Numbered from the stretch's first letter, positions 19,843 to 29,691 are shown. The stretch is 64,000 nt of DNA from an uncultured Alphaproteobacteria bacterium (GCA_944393175.1 CALXZH010000010.1:2733-66732); one strand, 5' to 3'. Numbers and translations: made by a program. Notes: generated by a model not told the origin, from the letters alone.

Positions 19843-20478
19843 ATGCCTAATTTAATTCAATATATTGTGCAGGATGACCCTGAATTAGAAATGAGCCAAA
19901 ATAACAAAAAGTCTTCCACTCCTTTGAGAGATAAGAATAAATCTAATCAATTCAGTTCTAAAAATTTGTTGGAAAATGATTTTTCTTATTTAGAAAAACG
20001 TGATTTATTTAATAATAAAGCAACTCTTCCTTTAAAAAGGTATAATCAATCATATAATATCGGAAAAGCTCTAGGAGATGCCTATAACATTTACAAAACA
20101 AATGGGTTTTATGCCATTGGTGAAAAATATGGAACTCCTTCGGTAAAAAAAGCTAGTAAATTGGCTAAAGAATTAGCCCCTGAACAAATTTCAGATACAG
20201 CCAAACATAGTGCTGTAAGCTGTGTTGGAGCTTCTGGAGGCATATTGTCTGCGATTGAAACACTAGGAGGAGGTGTTGCAAAAGAAATAAAAGATTTTTA
20301 TGAAAAGACTACTAATCCTCTTTTAAGAAACCAATATGGAGGAATATTGGGAATAGTTAAAGATAGTGCAAAAGATTTAAAAAATGACGTTCAAGCAAGT
20401 TGGAAAGGATTCAAAACTGGGAATAGTCAAATCTGTAAAGAATATTTACCTCCATATTTAAAAAATAAAATTAAATAA
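19843..20478 (+). CDS. Hypothetical protein (211 aa) with a Gly-rich C-terminal region. No signal peptide.
   Basis: ATG at 19843 is preceded by GAGGAG. The ORF track extends upstream to 19756 but that part lacks an RBS and overlaps the dnaJ terminator. Terminator hairpin tagccggttgacttaccggcta plus T-run at 20482-20515. Confidence 0.5.
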   Translation: MPNLIQYIVQDDPELEMSQNNKKSSTPLRDKNKSNQFSSKNLLENDFSYLEKRDLFNNKATLPLKRYNQSYNIGKALGDAYNIYKTNGFYAIGEKYGTPSVKKASKLAKELAPEQISDTAKHSAVSCVGASGGILSAIETLGGGVAKEIKDFYEKTTNPLLRNQYGGILGIVKDSAKDLKNDVQASWKGFKTGNSQICKEYLPPYLKNKIK

Positions 20479-20551
20479 ATTTAATAGCCGGTTGACTTAC
20501 CGGCTATTTTTATTATTATATCGTCAACGTAATTCAAATAAGCTAAATAAA

Positions 20552-21115
20552 ATGTCCCTAAATGCTAAACAAAAATATTTATGTATCGGTTTGTTGTTGT
20601 CAACATTGCTTTTTCCGGTGCAACTTGTTTTCTTATTTTTGATTATTCCTCCGATTTATGTAGGCTTTATTGTGCCTTTTTTAATTTGGAAAATTGCTTT
20701 CAACGGACAGGTCAAAAATATTTCTAAGATTTCCTTATTGTGGAAAATTCCTCTTATATTATCTTTTAATATTTTAAATATGACTTTTGGGGAATTTTTA
20801 GCTTTAAATGTGTTTTATATTCTTCCATACAATCCTTTTATACTGCTTGTGATATTCGGAATTGTTATTATTTGTTTGCGCATTATTAGCTATGCATTGA
20901 TTATTCTTATTTGGGATTTTAATGCTTTTCAAATTTCTTCAAAAATAAAAAAATTGCTTTTAACCTTCGTCTTGCTCCTGTGTTTATGCGGTAGCTCTTT
21001 CTTATATAACATATGGGTTTCTCCGGACGATGTCTCTTATGATAGTTATTTTATGTATTGTTTGCAAAATGGTACTTGCGAGAAAATTCCTGAACTTATT
21101 GACAATAGGACTTAA
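20552..21115 (+). CDS. Hypothetical polytopic membrane protein with a Cys-containing C-terminal tail.
   Basis: Hydrophobic helices throughout. The start is taken as MSLNAKQ inside ORF 20492..21115. Confidence 0.4.
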   Translation: MSLNAKQKYLCIGLLLSTLLFPVQLVFLFLIIPPIYVGFIVPFLIWKIAFNGQVKNISKISLLWKIPLILSFNILNMTFGEFLALNVFYILPYNPFILLVIFGIVIICLRIISYALIILIWDFNAFQISSKIKKLLLTFVLLLCLCGSSFLYNIWVSPDDVSYDSYFMYCLQNGTCEKIPELIDNRT

Positions 21116-21160
21116 GATGTATTTTAATACTCTAAAGCTAAATTATCTGAAAGAATATCT

Positions 21161-21691
21161 ATGACTAAAATTTCTAAAATCATAAATTCCGTTAATAATG
21201 ATATTTGGGGGGAGAGTCCTCTTAGCTTTTATTTTTCTTTTAATGGATTTTTTAATCGTCTTCAGTTTTTTGGCGCGATAATGACGCTTAATTTTTTTCT
21301 GAAATATTTGTTAGCTTTAGATATTTTTTTAATCTCTCTTATCTCTTTGGCGATTGTTTTTTATGCTAAAATTGCTGTAATACAAAAAAGAAGCCGTGAT
21401 TTAAATATGAAAGGAACATTCTTTATTTTAATATTTTCATTAGCTAACCCGATGAACATATATTTACAAACGATGAAAAGCTTTAACCTTCCGGTAAATT
21501 TTTATATCCAGAAAGGTTTTGGCGTAGTTCTTGTTTTGTATCTTTTAGTGTTTTTGTTTTTGCAATTTATGCCGGGGAAAAAGGAGAAAAATCCTGAATT
21601 AATCAGCCCTTTGCTCAAGCATCCAAATATTTACTTTGCGGTATGTGTGTTGGTTTCTGCCCTTGGGTTTGGGATTTTGAAAAATTTGTAA
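21161..21691 (+). CDS. Hypothetical membrane protein. The N-terminus is faintly DUF805-like.
   Basis: 176 aa, 3-4 TM helices. Confidence 0.4.
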   Translation: MTKISKIINSVNNDIWGESPLSFYFSFNGFFNRLQFFGAIMTLNFFLKYLLALDIFLISLISLAIVFYAKIAVIQKRSRDLNMKGTFFILIFSLANPMNIYLQTMKSFNLPVNFYIQKGFGVVLVLYLLVFLFLQFMPGKKEKNPELISPLLKHPNIYFAVCVLVSALGFGILKNL

Positions 21692-21737
21692 TTAACAATT
21701 TTGAATCAGGCAATTTGTTTTTTTAATCAAATAAAAA

Positions 21738-21765
21738 TTGATTTTAGCAAAATAATCTTTATACT
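21738..21765 (+). promoter_or_regulatory. Sigma70-like promoter TTGATT-N16-TATACT driving the structured RNA/leader that follows.
   Basis: Hexamers at 21738-21743 and 21760-21765. Confidence 0.4.
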
Positions 21766-21772
21766 TTGGTGT

Positions 21773-22023
21773 ATGGCAAAGTGAGGGGGCTCATTTTGCT
21801 TAGCACTCGGTGCGGAGCTGTCGAAAGCTCTTATCATCTTCGGTGTTGGGATATAACATCGTTAATTAAAAGTCGAATTTCGGCTTTTAGTAATTATATC
21901 CCCGACTTAGGGTCGGGGAGCTTTTAGCGTATGTCCAAGGGTTTCCCTAAAGGCTAAAAGAGTCATTTAAGATGATATGATTTTCGAACTCTCCGACCAC
22001 CTGCTCTGAGGTGGTCTTTTTTT
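21773..22023 (+). ncRNA. Candidate structured RNA (~250 nt): a long 5' leader/riboswitch-like attenuator of the lipoprotein gene, or an independent sRNA. Identity unknown.
   Basis: Non-coding stretch with several stable hairpins (CCCCGAC-TTAGG-GTCGGGG, GAGCU-GUCGAA-AGCUC, AGGG-UUU-CCCU). It ends in a strong intrinsic terminator (gaccacctgctctgaggtggtc plus T7, 21995-22023), which lies 28 nt before the ATG at 22051. Confidence 0.4.
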
Positions 22024-22050
22024 ATATAATATCCTTGGAGAAAAGAAATC

Positions 22051-22455
22051 ATGCTCAAAAAAATATCTTTTATCTTTCTATTTTTGCTTTGCGGTTGCAC
22101 TAATCTCTCCCGACAAGAAGAGCTTAATATTCGCTATTTGCAAAGCCAAGGCGTGACGATTGAAAAACCTGCCGGAAATTTCGTTCGTCCGGCAAACCCT
22201 GTTGCCGCCGGTGCGCTCAACATTCTACCTGGGGGCGGAAATTTCTATTTGGCTACCGGAAACGGGGCTGATAGCTCTCACTGGCTTTATGGTGGATTGA
22301 ACCTTATTACCTGGCCGTTTTCCGTTCTTTGGGGTGTGCCTGAAGCGGCAATCGACGCTAACCGAATCAATCAAAGAGAAATGATTTATTACTACCAATT
22401 TGACCCTTTAGGTTCTCAAGAGCTCAAAAAAGAAGGCAAAAAGTTAATGCAATAA
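22051..22455 (+). CDS. Lipoprotein (lipobox LLCGC), hypothetical.
   Basis: 134 aa. Signal peptide plus lipobox. Gly-rich middle. RBS GGAG present. Confidence 0.55.
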   Translation: MLKKISFIFLFLLCGCTNLSRQEELNIRYLQSQGVTIEKPAGNFVRPANPVAAGALNILPGGGNFYLATGNGADSSHWLYGGLNLITWPFSVLWGVPEAAIDANRINQREMIYYYQFDPLGSQELKKEGKKLMQ

Positions 22456-22494
22456 AAAACTCCCCTTTGTTTTTTGCAAAGGGGAGTTTTTGTT
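22456..22494. terminator. Bidirectional terminator aaactcccctttgttttttgcaaaggggagttt between convergent genes.
   Basis: 10-bp stem with A/T runs on both sides. Confidence 0.7.
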
Positions 22495-24948
22495 TTATAG
22501 GCAACCGTGCGTTTCTTTGGCGTATTTGACATAGCATTTATAATAATGCTCTAAGCCTTTGCTAACCTCATAGTTAACTGTGCCTTTCGGGAATTCACCA
22601 TGCTTATTGGGCTTGCCTGCCGGAATGCCTGTCAATATCTCTATTCCGTCATCAACCGTGTCAATCGCCCAGATGTGGAATTTTCCTTCATCCACCGCCT
22701 GAAGAACGTCTTCTCTCAACATTAGGCTGCTGACATTGGTGCGTGGGATAATCACACCTTGGTCGCCGGTTAAGCCTCGGTGGTTGCAGACGTCAAAGAA
22801 ACCTTCAATTTTTTCGTTGGCACCGCCGATTGGTTGAATCTCCCCAAACTGGTTGATTGAGCCCGTTACCGCAATGTTTTGTTTTATCGGAATATTGGAA
22901 ATTGCCGACAACAAACAATAATATTCGGTTGAAGATGCACTATCGCCGTCAACCCCGCCGTATGACTGCTCAAAAACTATTGAGGCCGACAAAGACAATG
23001 GAGATTCTTTGGCAAAGCGGTTGGCAATTAACGATGACAGTATCAAAACGCCTTTATTGTGTATCGGGCCGCTCATTTCTACTTCGCGTTCGATATTGAT
23101 AAACTCGCCTTTACCCAAACGAACCTGTGCCGTGATGCGTGAGGGTTTGCCAAAGGACATACTTGAGAAATTATAGACAACCAAGCCGTTAATTTGGCCG
23201 ACTTTTTTGCCCTCAACATCTATCAATATCGTACCTTTGTCAATTTGTTCAAGCATAGCTTGTTTGATGCGGTCGCTTCGATAGATTTGCTCAAATATTG
23301 CTTGTTCAATATGGTTTTTGCCGATTTGGTTGGCCTTGGACTTGCGCGCCCAATAGTCCGCCTCTCGTAATAAGTCACCGATTGAGGCAATGTGCGCGGT
23401 TAATTTCTCCGAATCTTCCGCTAAGCGTGAAGAATATTCGATTACTCTCGCTACCGCTTGTTTGTTCAGAGAACGAATTTTTTTCTTCTTTGAGAGCGAA
23501 CCAATCAACTTGGCATATTCAATCTCGTTGTCATAAGTTCTATCCATCAAGACACCAAAGTCCGCCTCGACTTTGAAATAGTCTCTAAAGTCAGGGTCGC
23601 GTTCGCTTAAGACTTCGTATAATTCCTCATCACCGGTCAAAATGACTTTGACATCTAAGGGAATCGGACACGGGTCAAGCGAAATTGTGGTGAAGCAGCT
23701 TTCATCGCTCGGGGTTTCTATTTTAACCGTCTTGGAAGAAAGAGCGCGTTTCAGCGAATCCCAAGAATAGGGTTGGAGTAACAACTTTCTTGCATCCATC
23801 AACAAGAAACCGCCGTTGGCGCGGTGTAATGCTCCGGCTTTAATCAAAGTAAAGTCTGTTACCAAGGCACCGTATTGTTGTATTCTCTCTACTCTGCCCA
23901 CCAAATTGGCTTGGGTCGGGTGGTCAAGTAAGATTATCGGAGCTCCTGAATCTTTCTCGTTTTTGACGATGACGTTTACTTTTAATTTGGCAAACTTGTC
24001 GTCATCTGACTTATTCATGCGGCTCAATAATGCCGATAATGGGTCTTCATCTCCTGTGCCGGTTTGAGCTTGTTCTTGGGTCGGTAAAAATTCATCAATA
24101 TTATCAACGATGTGTTTTTGAACGTTTTTCAAAAACTCTACCGCTCCCTTATGCGCTTTATATTTATGGCGGAGTTCATCAACCGGATTTTTTACCGCGG
24201 CTTTGATAAACTTCTCACGCAGTTGTTGAGATTCTTTGCGTTGCTTTTCTTCCCAGTTGGGCAGGTCTTGCGCCGTGTTCTCAATTTCGGCCTGCATATA
24301 GTTTAAGTCTTCAATTAGAGACTTTTTCTCTTCTTCGGGTAATTCATCAAACGCATCAGGGCTTAACACTTCGCCATTCTTAACCGGAGCAACCACCAAG
24401 CCTACCGGCATATGCAGCAAAGATACGCTCTTGCCTTTGGCTTTCTTTTGCAAAATGCGGACATATTCTTCCTTCTTTTGCTTGTATTTTTCTTTGATGA
24501 TGTTTTCGGCGGCTTTGTATTCTTCACTATCTAATATTGCGCCAATGGAAGTGTTTAATTCCTCTATTAACTTATCAATGTCTTTAGCAAATTCCGTGGC
24601 CTCGCCTGCCGGAAAATTAATCGCCTTTGGACGATAGGGTTCTTCAAAATTGTATACATAAGCCCAATCATCCGGTGTCGGTCGGTTCTTGGCCTCTTTT
24701 TCCAATATTCTTTTTACCAAGCTGGTTTTGCCCGTGCCTTCAGGACCTAAGCAAAATAAGTTGTAGCCTTTGGATTTGATGTTGATGCCTAATTCAACCG
24801 CACTGATGGCTCGGTCTTGTCCTAAGGCCGAAAGTCTTTCTTCCAAGTCGGCCGTGCTGGTAAAACTAAACTTTTTGGGGTCGCATACCCGATAAAGGTC
24901 GTCTCTGCTTAATTTCGAGATTGTCATTTTGAAAAAATCCCTATACAT
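22495..24948 (-). CDS. Lon-like ATP-dependent protease (AAA+ ATPase domain plus C-terminal Lon S16 proteolytic domain; LonB-like architecture without the LonA N-domain).
   Basis: Walker A GPEGTGKTS. C-terminal ...GDSASSTEYYCLLSAISNIPIKQNIAVTGSI... Lon protease Ser region. 817 aa. Confidence 0.65.
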   Translation of the reverse strand: MYRDFFKMTISKLSRDDLYRVCDPKKFSFTSTADLEERLSALGQDRAISAVELGINIKSKGYNLFCLGPEGTGKTSLVKRILEKEAKNRPTPDDWAYVYNFEEPYRPKAINFPAGEATEFAKDIDKLIEELNTSIGAILDSEEYKAAENIIKEKYKQKKEEYVRILQKKAKGKSVSLLHMPVGLVVAPVKNGEVLSPDAFDELPEEEKKSLIEDLNYMQAEIENTAQDLPNWEEKQRKESQQLREKFIKAAVKNPVDELRHKYKAHKGAVEFLKNVQKHIVDNIDEFLPTQEQAQTGTGDEDPLSALLSRMNKSDDDKFAKLKVNVIVKNEKDSGAPIILLDHPTQANLVGRVERIQQYGALVTDFTLIKAGALHRANGGFLLMDARKLLLQPYSWDSLKRALSSKTVKIETPSDESCFTTISLDPCPIPLDVKVILTGDEELYEVLSERDPDFRDYFKVEADFGVLMDRTYDNEIEYAKLIGSLSKKKKIRSLNKQAVARVIEYSSRLAEDSEKLTAHIASIGDLLREADYWARKSKANQIGKNHIEQAIFEQIYRSDRIKQAMLEQIDKGTILIDVEGKKVGQINGLVVYNFSSMSFGKPSRITAQVRLGKGEFINIEREVEMSGPIHNKGVLILSSLIANRFAKESPLSLSASIVFEQSYGGVDGDSASSTEYYCLLSAISNIPIKQNIAVTGSINQFGEIQPIGGANEKIEGFFDVCNHRGLTGDQGVIIPRTNVSSLMLREDVLQAVDEGKFHIWAIDTVDDGIEILTGIPAGKPNKHGEFPKGTVNYEVSKGLEHYYKCYVKYAKETHGCL

Positions 24949-25011
24949 ATAATTTTAGAAATACTATTCTTAACATAAATCGAAAATAACTAATTTAGCG
25001 TAAAGATTTTG

Positions 25012-26493
25012 ATGTCGTTTTTAGAATTTATCATAATTTTTTTGATTTTAGCGTCTTTGCTCTGGGTGGGGCTTTTTTGGCAGCGCTTGAAATATGACCA
25101 TTTCTTAAAACTCGTGCAAAAGGCTATTTGGGAAAAAGCCAAATTCTCAAATTTAGATGTCTTTTTGGCAGAGCCCTTCCTCTATCGGGCAATTAAAATC
25201 CTTAGCAAAAATAAGCCTGCGCTTTATGATTTGTGTGCGGGAAAATACTCTAAAGCTGAAAAATTTTTAGTAAAAAAACACAAAAATTTGCTCGCTGTGG
25301 CACTTAAAGCCCATTTTAACCCAAAGTCGGCACTCTCAGGCTTAGAAAAATTCTTAAGCTCCTTTCCGCAAAGCACTGAGGCTAAGGCTTTGTTGGCAGC
25401 ACTTTATATGATGCAAAATCAATTTGATAAAGCTTGGGAGATTTTAGAAAATATAAACTTGAAAAAATGCTCGCCTTTTACATGCGGAATTTATTATTAC
25501 ACGCAAACGCATTTGTGTCTGAAAGAAGGCGATTTGCTTGCTGCCTCGCAATCTTGCGTAAAGGCCGAAAAATATTTTATTAAAGCAAAAGCCTCTTTTT
25601 ATCTTGCCAAGACATATTTATTGCTCGGAACGATTTATCGCGTATCCTTTGTTGAGGACGTGGCCGAATTGATGTTTCGAAGCGCAGGCAAAATTTTTGA
25701 TGCTATTCATCTGCCGAAAGGAAAAGCCTTAGCCTTGGCAAATTTGGGAATGCAAAATACGGCCAGCGAACATTTTGATGTTGCGGAAGAATATTTTAGA
25801 GACGCCCAAACCATCCTTGAAAACGCACAGGCTGAAGAAGAAATGGCAGAAATTCTTAATCAAAGAGGATTACTGCATTTGTTAAGCAAAAATTTTAGTA
25901 AGGCTCAAAAGTTATTGTCGGAGGCGCAAAAAATATTTAAGGAATCGCCCAATAGTGCCGGAAAAGCTCTTAATGCAGAATTGTTCAGCTATCTTTGGGC
26001 GGCACAAAAAAATTTCAAAAAATCTTTCAATAAAGCAAAAGAAGCCGAAAAATTTTATCAGCAAGATAAAAATGCAGCAGCTCTTTTAAACAGCCTTTAT
26101 TTGCAGGCCGAAGCCTTGTATGCCCAAAATTTGTTTGATAATGCCGAATCCGTCTTGCGTGAGATTTTGGCAAAAGCTAAAACTGAGGCATCGTGTTTTC
26201 ATATTGCCAACGCCTACAGCCTTTTGGGTTTGATTTTTTTGCAAAAAGGCGACTTAAAACGCGCTAAAGGTTTGTTTCAACAATCCCTTGAGCAAGAGCA
26301 AAAAAATAATCGTTTATCCGGTCAGGTGTGCGATTATGCCAATATCGGTTTTTTGGAACTGAGAATCGGGCAGCTTGAACAAGCAAAAAAACATTTGCAA
26401 GCGGCTCAAACTTTAGCCCTTGAATTGGAAGATGAAGAAATGTCTGTTTTGCTTGAAAAAGAATTAAATAAGTTAAAAACTCAGCTCAATTAA
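25012..26493 (+). CDS. Tetratricopeptide-repeat (TPR) protein with an N-terminal membrane anchor.
   Basis: Repeated W/LG/Y-x-A-x-F-x-A TPR-like helices (e.g. AYSLLGLIFLQKGDLKRAKGLFQQSLE). Confidence 0.55.
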   Translation: MSFLEFIIIFLILASLLWVGLFWQRLKYDHFLKLVQKAIWEKAKFSNLDVFLAEPFLYRAIKILSKNKPALYDLCAGKYSKAEKFLVKKHKNLLAVALKAHFNPKSALSGLEKFLSSFPQSTEAKALLAALYMMQNQFDKAWEILENINLKKCSPFTCGIYYYTQTHLCLKEGDLLAASQSCVKAEKYFIKAKASFYLAKTYLLLGTIYRVSFVEDVAELMFRSAGKIFDAIHLPKGKALALANLGMQNTASEHFDVAEEYFRDAQTILENAQAEEEMAEILNQRGLLHLLSKNFSKAQKLLSEAQKIFKESPNSAGKALNAELFSYLWAAQKNFKKSFNKAKEAEKFYQQDKNAAALLNSLYLQAEALYAQNLFDNAESVLREILAKAKTEASCFHIANAYSLLGLIFLQKGDLKRAKGLFQQSLEQEQKNNRLSGQVCDYANIGFLELRIGQLEQAKKHLQAAQTLALELEDEEMSVLLEKELNKLKTQLN

Positions 26494-27387
26494 CAGCGGA
26501 TGATAGCTGTTTTTCTCTTTGGGCAGAAAGCTAACATCTTTAACACCAAACTTTTTATAAGCTAAAATATTTAGGCTCGGAACCGCAAAGGGGTTAAACC
26601 ATATTGCCCCATTGCTCATGATAATTCTGTTTTTTACTTCAAGTCCGGTCTTGTTTAAGAATTTTTGAAAAGTGTTTGACCATGCCGGAACACCAAAATT
26701 GCCGACAACTACAACCGGGTTATCCTGCATAACAATAAATTTGCTCAAGTTTTTATAAACGTTTTTTTCTTCCTGACGCGTAATACCGCTGAAGTCAATA
26801 TTTACAAAAACTAAAGGCTGCGACCCGGCCAAAATTGACATGTATGAACCGCTGAACCTTTCCGATAAAATTAACTTTCCGGAACGAAGCGGTGTAAACT
26901 TACTAATGATAAAACTTTGTCCTTGCTCCTTGTCTTCATTATATAAGTGATATTGCGGGTAGGAATCTAAACCAAAATTTTGTGTTTGAGCCCGATTTAA
27001 GGCGATTATGTCCGCCTGCGCCTTATCGGCTTGCTGCATTAACTTTAGCCCCTCTTGAGTGCGGTTTTGATACAGAATCGTTAACTGGCCCTGACCATCA
27101 GTGTGACTGCTGTTAAACAAATTGGCGCTGGAGGCTATCAGCGTATAATTAACTATTATTAATAAAAAAGCAAAAAATGTTTGCCAGAAAAACTTGTTAA
27201 ATAAGGCACAAGCAAAAACCAACAGTAAATAAATGTATATTTGAAACTGCCACTGGTTTATAAATGCGCTAAAACCCGTGCTGTTGTCCATAAGCGCTAA
27301 AATAGACGTGATGCTGATTACGCCTAATGACACGTTAAGCAGCATGTTTATTCGTTCGTGGTGTTTTTTTTGGCTGAGGTAACCCAT
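26473..27387 (-). CDS. Membrane-anchored endonuclease/exonuclease/phosphatase (EEP)-like protein with a degenerate active site; possible pseudo-enzyme.
   Basis: EEP-like beta-strand motifs are present but catalytic residues are replaced: ADIIALNRAQ (no Glu), GNFGV for GDFN, SYHPLLIEL for SDH. Confidence 0.4.
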   Translation of the reverse strand: MGYLSQKKHHERINMLLNVSLGVISITSILALMDNSTGFSAFINQWQFQIYIYLLLVFACALFNKFFWQTFFAFLLIIVNYTLIASSANLFNSSHTDGQGQLTILYQNRTQEGLKLMQQADKAQADIIALNRAQTQNFGLDSYPQYHLYNEDKEQGQSFIISKFTPLRSGKLILSERFSGSYMSILAGSQPLVFVNIDFSGITRQEEKNVYKNLSKFIVMQDNPVVVVGNFGVPAWSNTFQKFLNKTGLEVKNRIIMSNGAIWFNPFAVPSLNILAYKKFGVKDVSFLPKEKNSYHPLLIELSF

Positions 27388-27474
27388 TATTAATTTATTT
27401 CTGCTAAAGTTTCCCTATTGTTTATCGTTATATTAATCACTTATTTTTAATTTGTAAATGGTGCCTTCAAACTT

Positions 27475-28851
27475 ATGCTCGAACAGATAATAACTATAAC
27501 ATCTTCCGACTATTTCAAACTTATTGTGCATGATTTTTACGAAGTATTGGACCTTTTTAAAAATTATTTGAATGAGGCTAATTCTCTCAGGCTGATTTCA
27601 ATTGTGCTGATTGCGGCTGCTCTTAGCGTGTTTTTGCTGATGATTATTGTTTTGTATGTTAAATCTATTGCCGCTTTTCTGAAAAATGAAAACAAAACAC
27701 AAAATAATGATACTTTTGAATACGAAGAATATGATGACAACGAGACAGAAGATGAGAATCTTACTCCCTTTGATGCCGATGAAGACACTCCGGAACTGGA
27801 AAAAGAATTAGCCCAAGAGTTAAACTTACCCCAAAATAATCAATCAACTTTTGAGTTCTTTGAAAACGAAAAAACCGAGCTTAAAGAAGAACCAAAAGAA
27901 AATATTGCCAAACAAAACAAGTCTAAAGAACAAGAAAATAAAAAAGTTAATCTGATTGATTTAGATTGGAAAAAAGGTAAAAAATTTGATGAAAGTGATG
28001 ATAATACAAAACTTGACCCTTCTTTGCTTAAATACCAGCAAGCAAATAAATCTTTGGCTGATTTAATTGCGCTTATTATTGATATGATAGGACGCGGCGT
28101 TGATGAACTGAAAATTGCACAAACCATTATGTTTCGCAGCCAAGGACAAAACTCAGAAGACGATATTTTGCAAACCCTTACCGCCATCAAAGAATTTATC
28201 TCTCTTTGTGTGACGGGAAAATTCAAAAAGCTTAAACAAACACGAAATCTTCCCGATGAAGATGAAGCTCTTTTTCATTTGGCAATGGGGGATTCTTCTT
28301 TGGCCTTGACCCTAATCGAGGCCTTGATGGATGAAAATATTGAGTATGCATCAACTCTGCCCGCAGGAGATAAACGAGATAAGATTTTTGCTAATACGTC
28401 CGGTTATGCCATAACTTTCGGAACTTTGGCCGCCCTTTCAGACAAAGTCTTGGCTACGGGATCTTTTGAACTGGCAGTCGAACTTTCACCGCAAAATATT
28501 AATGCTTGGGGAAGATTGGCTGATATGTATCATCTCTTGGAAAATGAGAAAAAAGCCGTTTGGGCCTATAATAAGGTTTTGGATATGGCTGATGAAGAAC
28601 TTTCACCGCAACTTGTCGCAAACGCCAGAAAAATTCTTTCACAATATTATTATGCTCAAGGAAACAGCTTGCAGGCCGCAAAATTTTATACTTTAAGCAA
28701 GCAATACTATGATTCTATCGGAATTAACCGCCGTTTGGATAAAAAAGAAATGGAAATTATTGAACTGATTGAATCAAAACAAAAAGGCGATTTAGAAAAT
28801 ATTATTGCTAAAATTCTGGCAAAAGGCGAGACAAACGTTTATACCGCTTAG
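27475..28851 (+). CDS. Hypothetical membrane-anchored protein with an acidic low-complexity region and C-terminal TPR-like helices.
   Basis: 458 aa. TM helix near aa 40-62. D/E-rich stretch. AWGRLADMYHLLENEKKAVWAYNKVLDM TPR-like. Confidence 0.45.
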   Translation: MLEQIITITSSDYFKLIVHDFYEVLDLFKNYLNEANSLRLISIVLIAAALSVFLLMIIVLYVKSIAAFLKNENKTQNNDTFEYEEYDDNETEDENLTPFDADEDTPELEKELAQELNLPQNNQSTFEFFENEKTELKEEPKENIAKQNKSKEQENKKVNLIDLDWKKGKKFDESDDNTKLDPSLLKYQQANKSLADLIALIIDMIGRGVDELKIAQTIMFRSQGQNSEDDILQTLTAIKEFISLCVTGKFKKLKQTRNLPDEDEALFHLAMGDSSLALTLIEALMDENIEYASTLPAGDKRDKIFANTSGYAITFGTLAALSDKVLATGSFELAVELSPQNINAWGRLADMYHLLENEKKAVWAYNKVLDMADEELSPQLVANARKILSQYYYAQGNSLQAAKFYTLSKQYYDSIGINRRLDKKEMEIIELIESKQKGDLENIIAKILAKGETNVYTA

Positions 28852-29691
28852 CTATTTTTCTTTTTGCTGCTTTTTTGTTTCTAATTTATGCAATGACAGA
28901 TTTTTGCGCGAAACTTGAAAATTAGGCTCTTGCTTTAGCTTTGAGAGTCTCTTTTCTAATTGTTTTTTCTTGGCGATTTTTACTTGTTTCGGCTCTTTGC
29001 GACCTGTTTTTTCCAAAAGAATCTTTGCGACCTGTTTTTCATCCGAGGCTCTTTCCAACTGTTGAAGATTTAGTCCCTCAACGGCTTTAATCCCCCCTAC
29101 CTTTTTAATGTTGTTTATGCCTCTTAAAATTTGAATGTATTTTCCTTCCGAAAGCGGCGCTTTTTTGAGTTTCAGACCTTTTACCAAATCTTGTTTAATG
29201 GTATTTTCTATTAATTTTGCTTCCAGCCCAGCGCTTTGCATTACTCGATCCACCGTTTCGCTGGTTAGCCCCGAAGAACCATTTTCTTGCAATGTTTGTG
29301 CCGCCAGTGATAAGGCTTCCAGTTTGCCGGCATCTTGCTGCATCTTCATGTTATGTAATGTTTCATTTTGCCGGAGCTGCTTTTTTTCTTCTTCGTTAAG
29401 CGCGTTATACAATGAGTTGCTCTCGTCAAGAGACATGAAAGAGGAAGAGATTATAATTTCATCTTCTTCATCATCTTCTTCATCAAAAACATCTTTTATC
29501 TTTTTGCGGATTTTTTTGAGTCCGGCCGGTAAATCCGCCGACGTGACAGGATTGTGGGTTTGTGTCGGATTGCTTTTCTTGGCGTTATATTTTATCGCCT
29601 CTTGGGTATTTATATTTCGCGATAACTTTTCAATTGTGCCAAAGCCTGTTTTCTTCCATTCTATATTCGGATTAGAAGAATCTTCTGTCAT
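28852..29691 (-). CDS. Hypothetical charged/coiled-coil protein (279 aa).
   Basis: ORF only. Acidic stretch DEEDDEEDE. K-rich C-terminus. Confidence 0.4.
   Translation of the reverse strand: MTEDSSNPNIEWKKTGFGTIEKLSRNINTQEAIKYNAKKSNPTQTHNPVTSADLPAGLKKIRKKIKDVFDEEDDEEDEIIISSSFMSLDESNSLYNALNEEEKKQLRQNETLHNMKMQQDAGKLEALSLAAQTLQENGSSGLTSETVDRVMQSAGLEAKLIENTIKQDLVKGLKLKKAPLSEGKYIQILRGINNIKKVGGIKAVEGLNLQQLERASDEKQVAKILLEKTGRKEPKQVKIAKKKQLEKRLSKLKQEPNFQVSRKNLSLHKLETKKQQKEK

Noticed and set aside
21773-22023. The structured region before the lipoprotein gene as tmRNA (two-piece ssrA) or SRP RNA.
   Set aside because: No tRNA-like acceptor/T-arm ending in CCA, no tag reading frame ending in ...LAA/VAA stop, and no GGUCAGGUCCGGAAGGAAGCAGC SRP domain IV motif.
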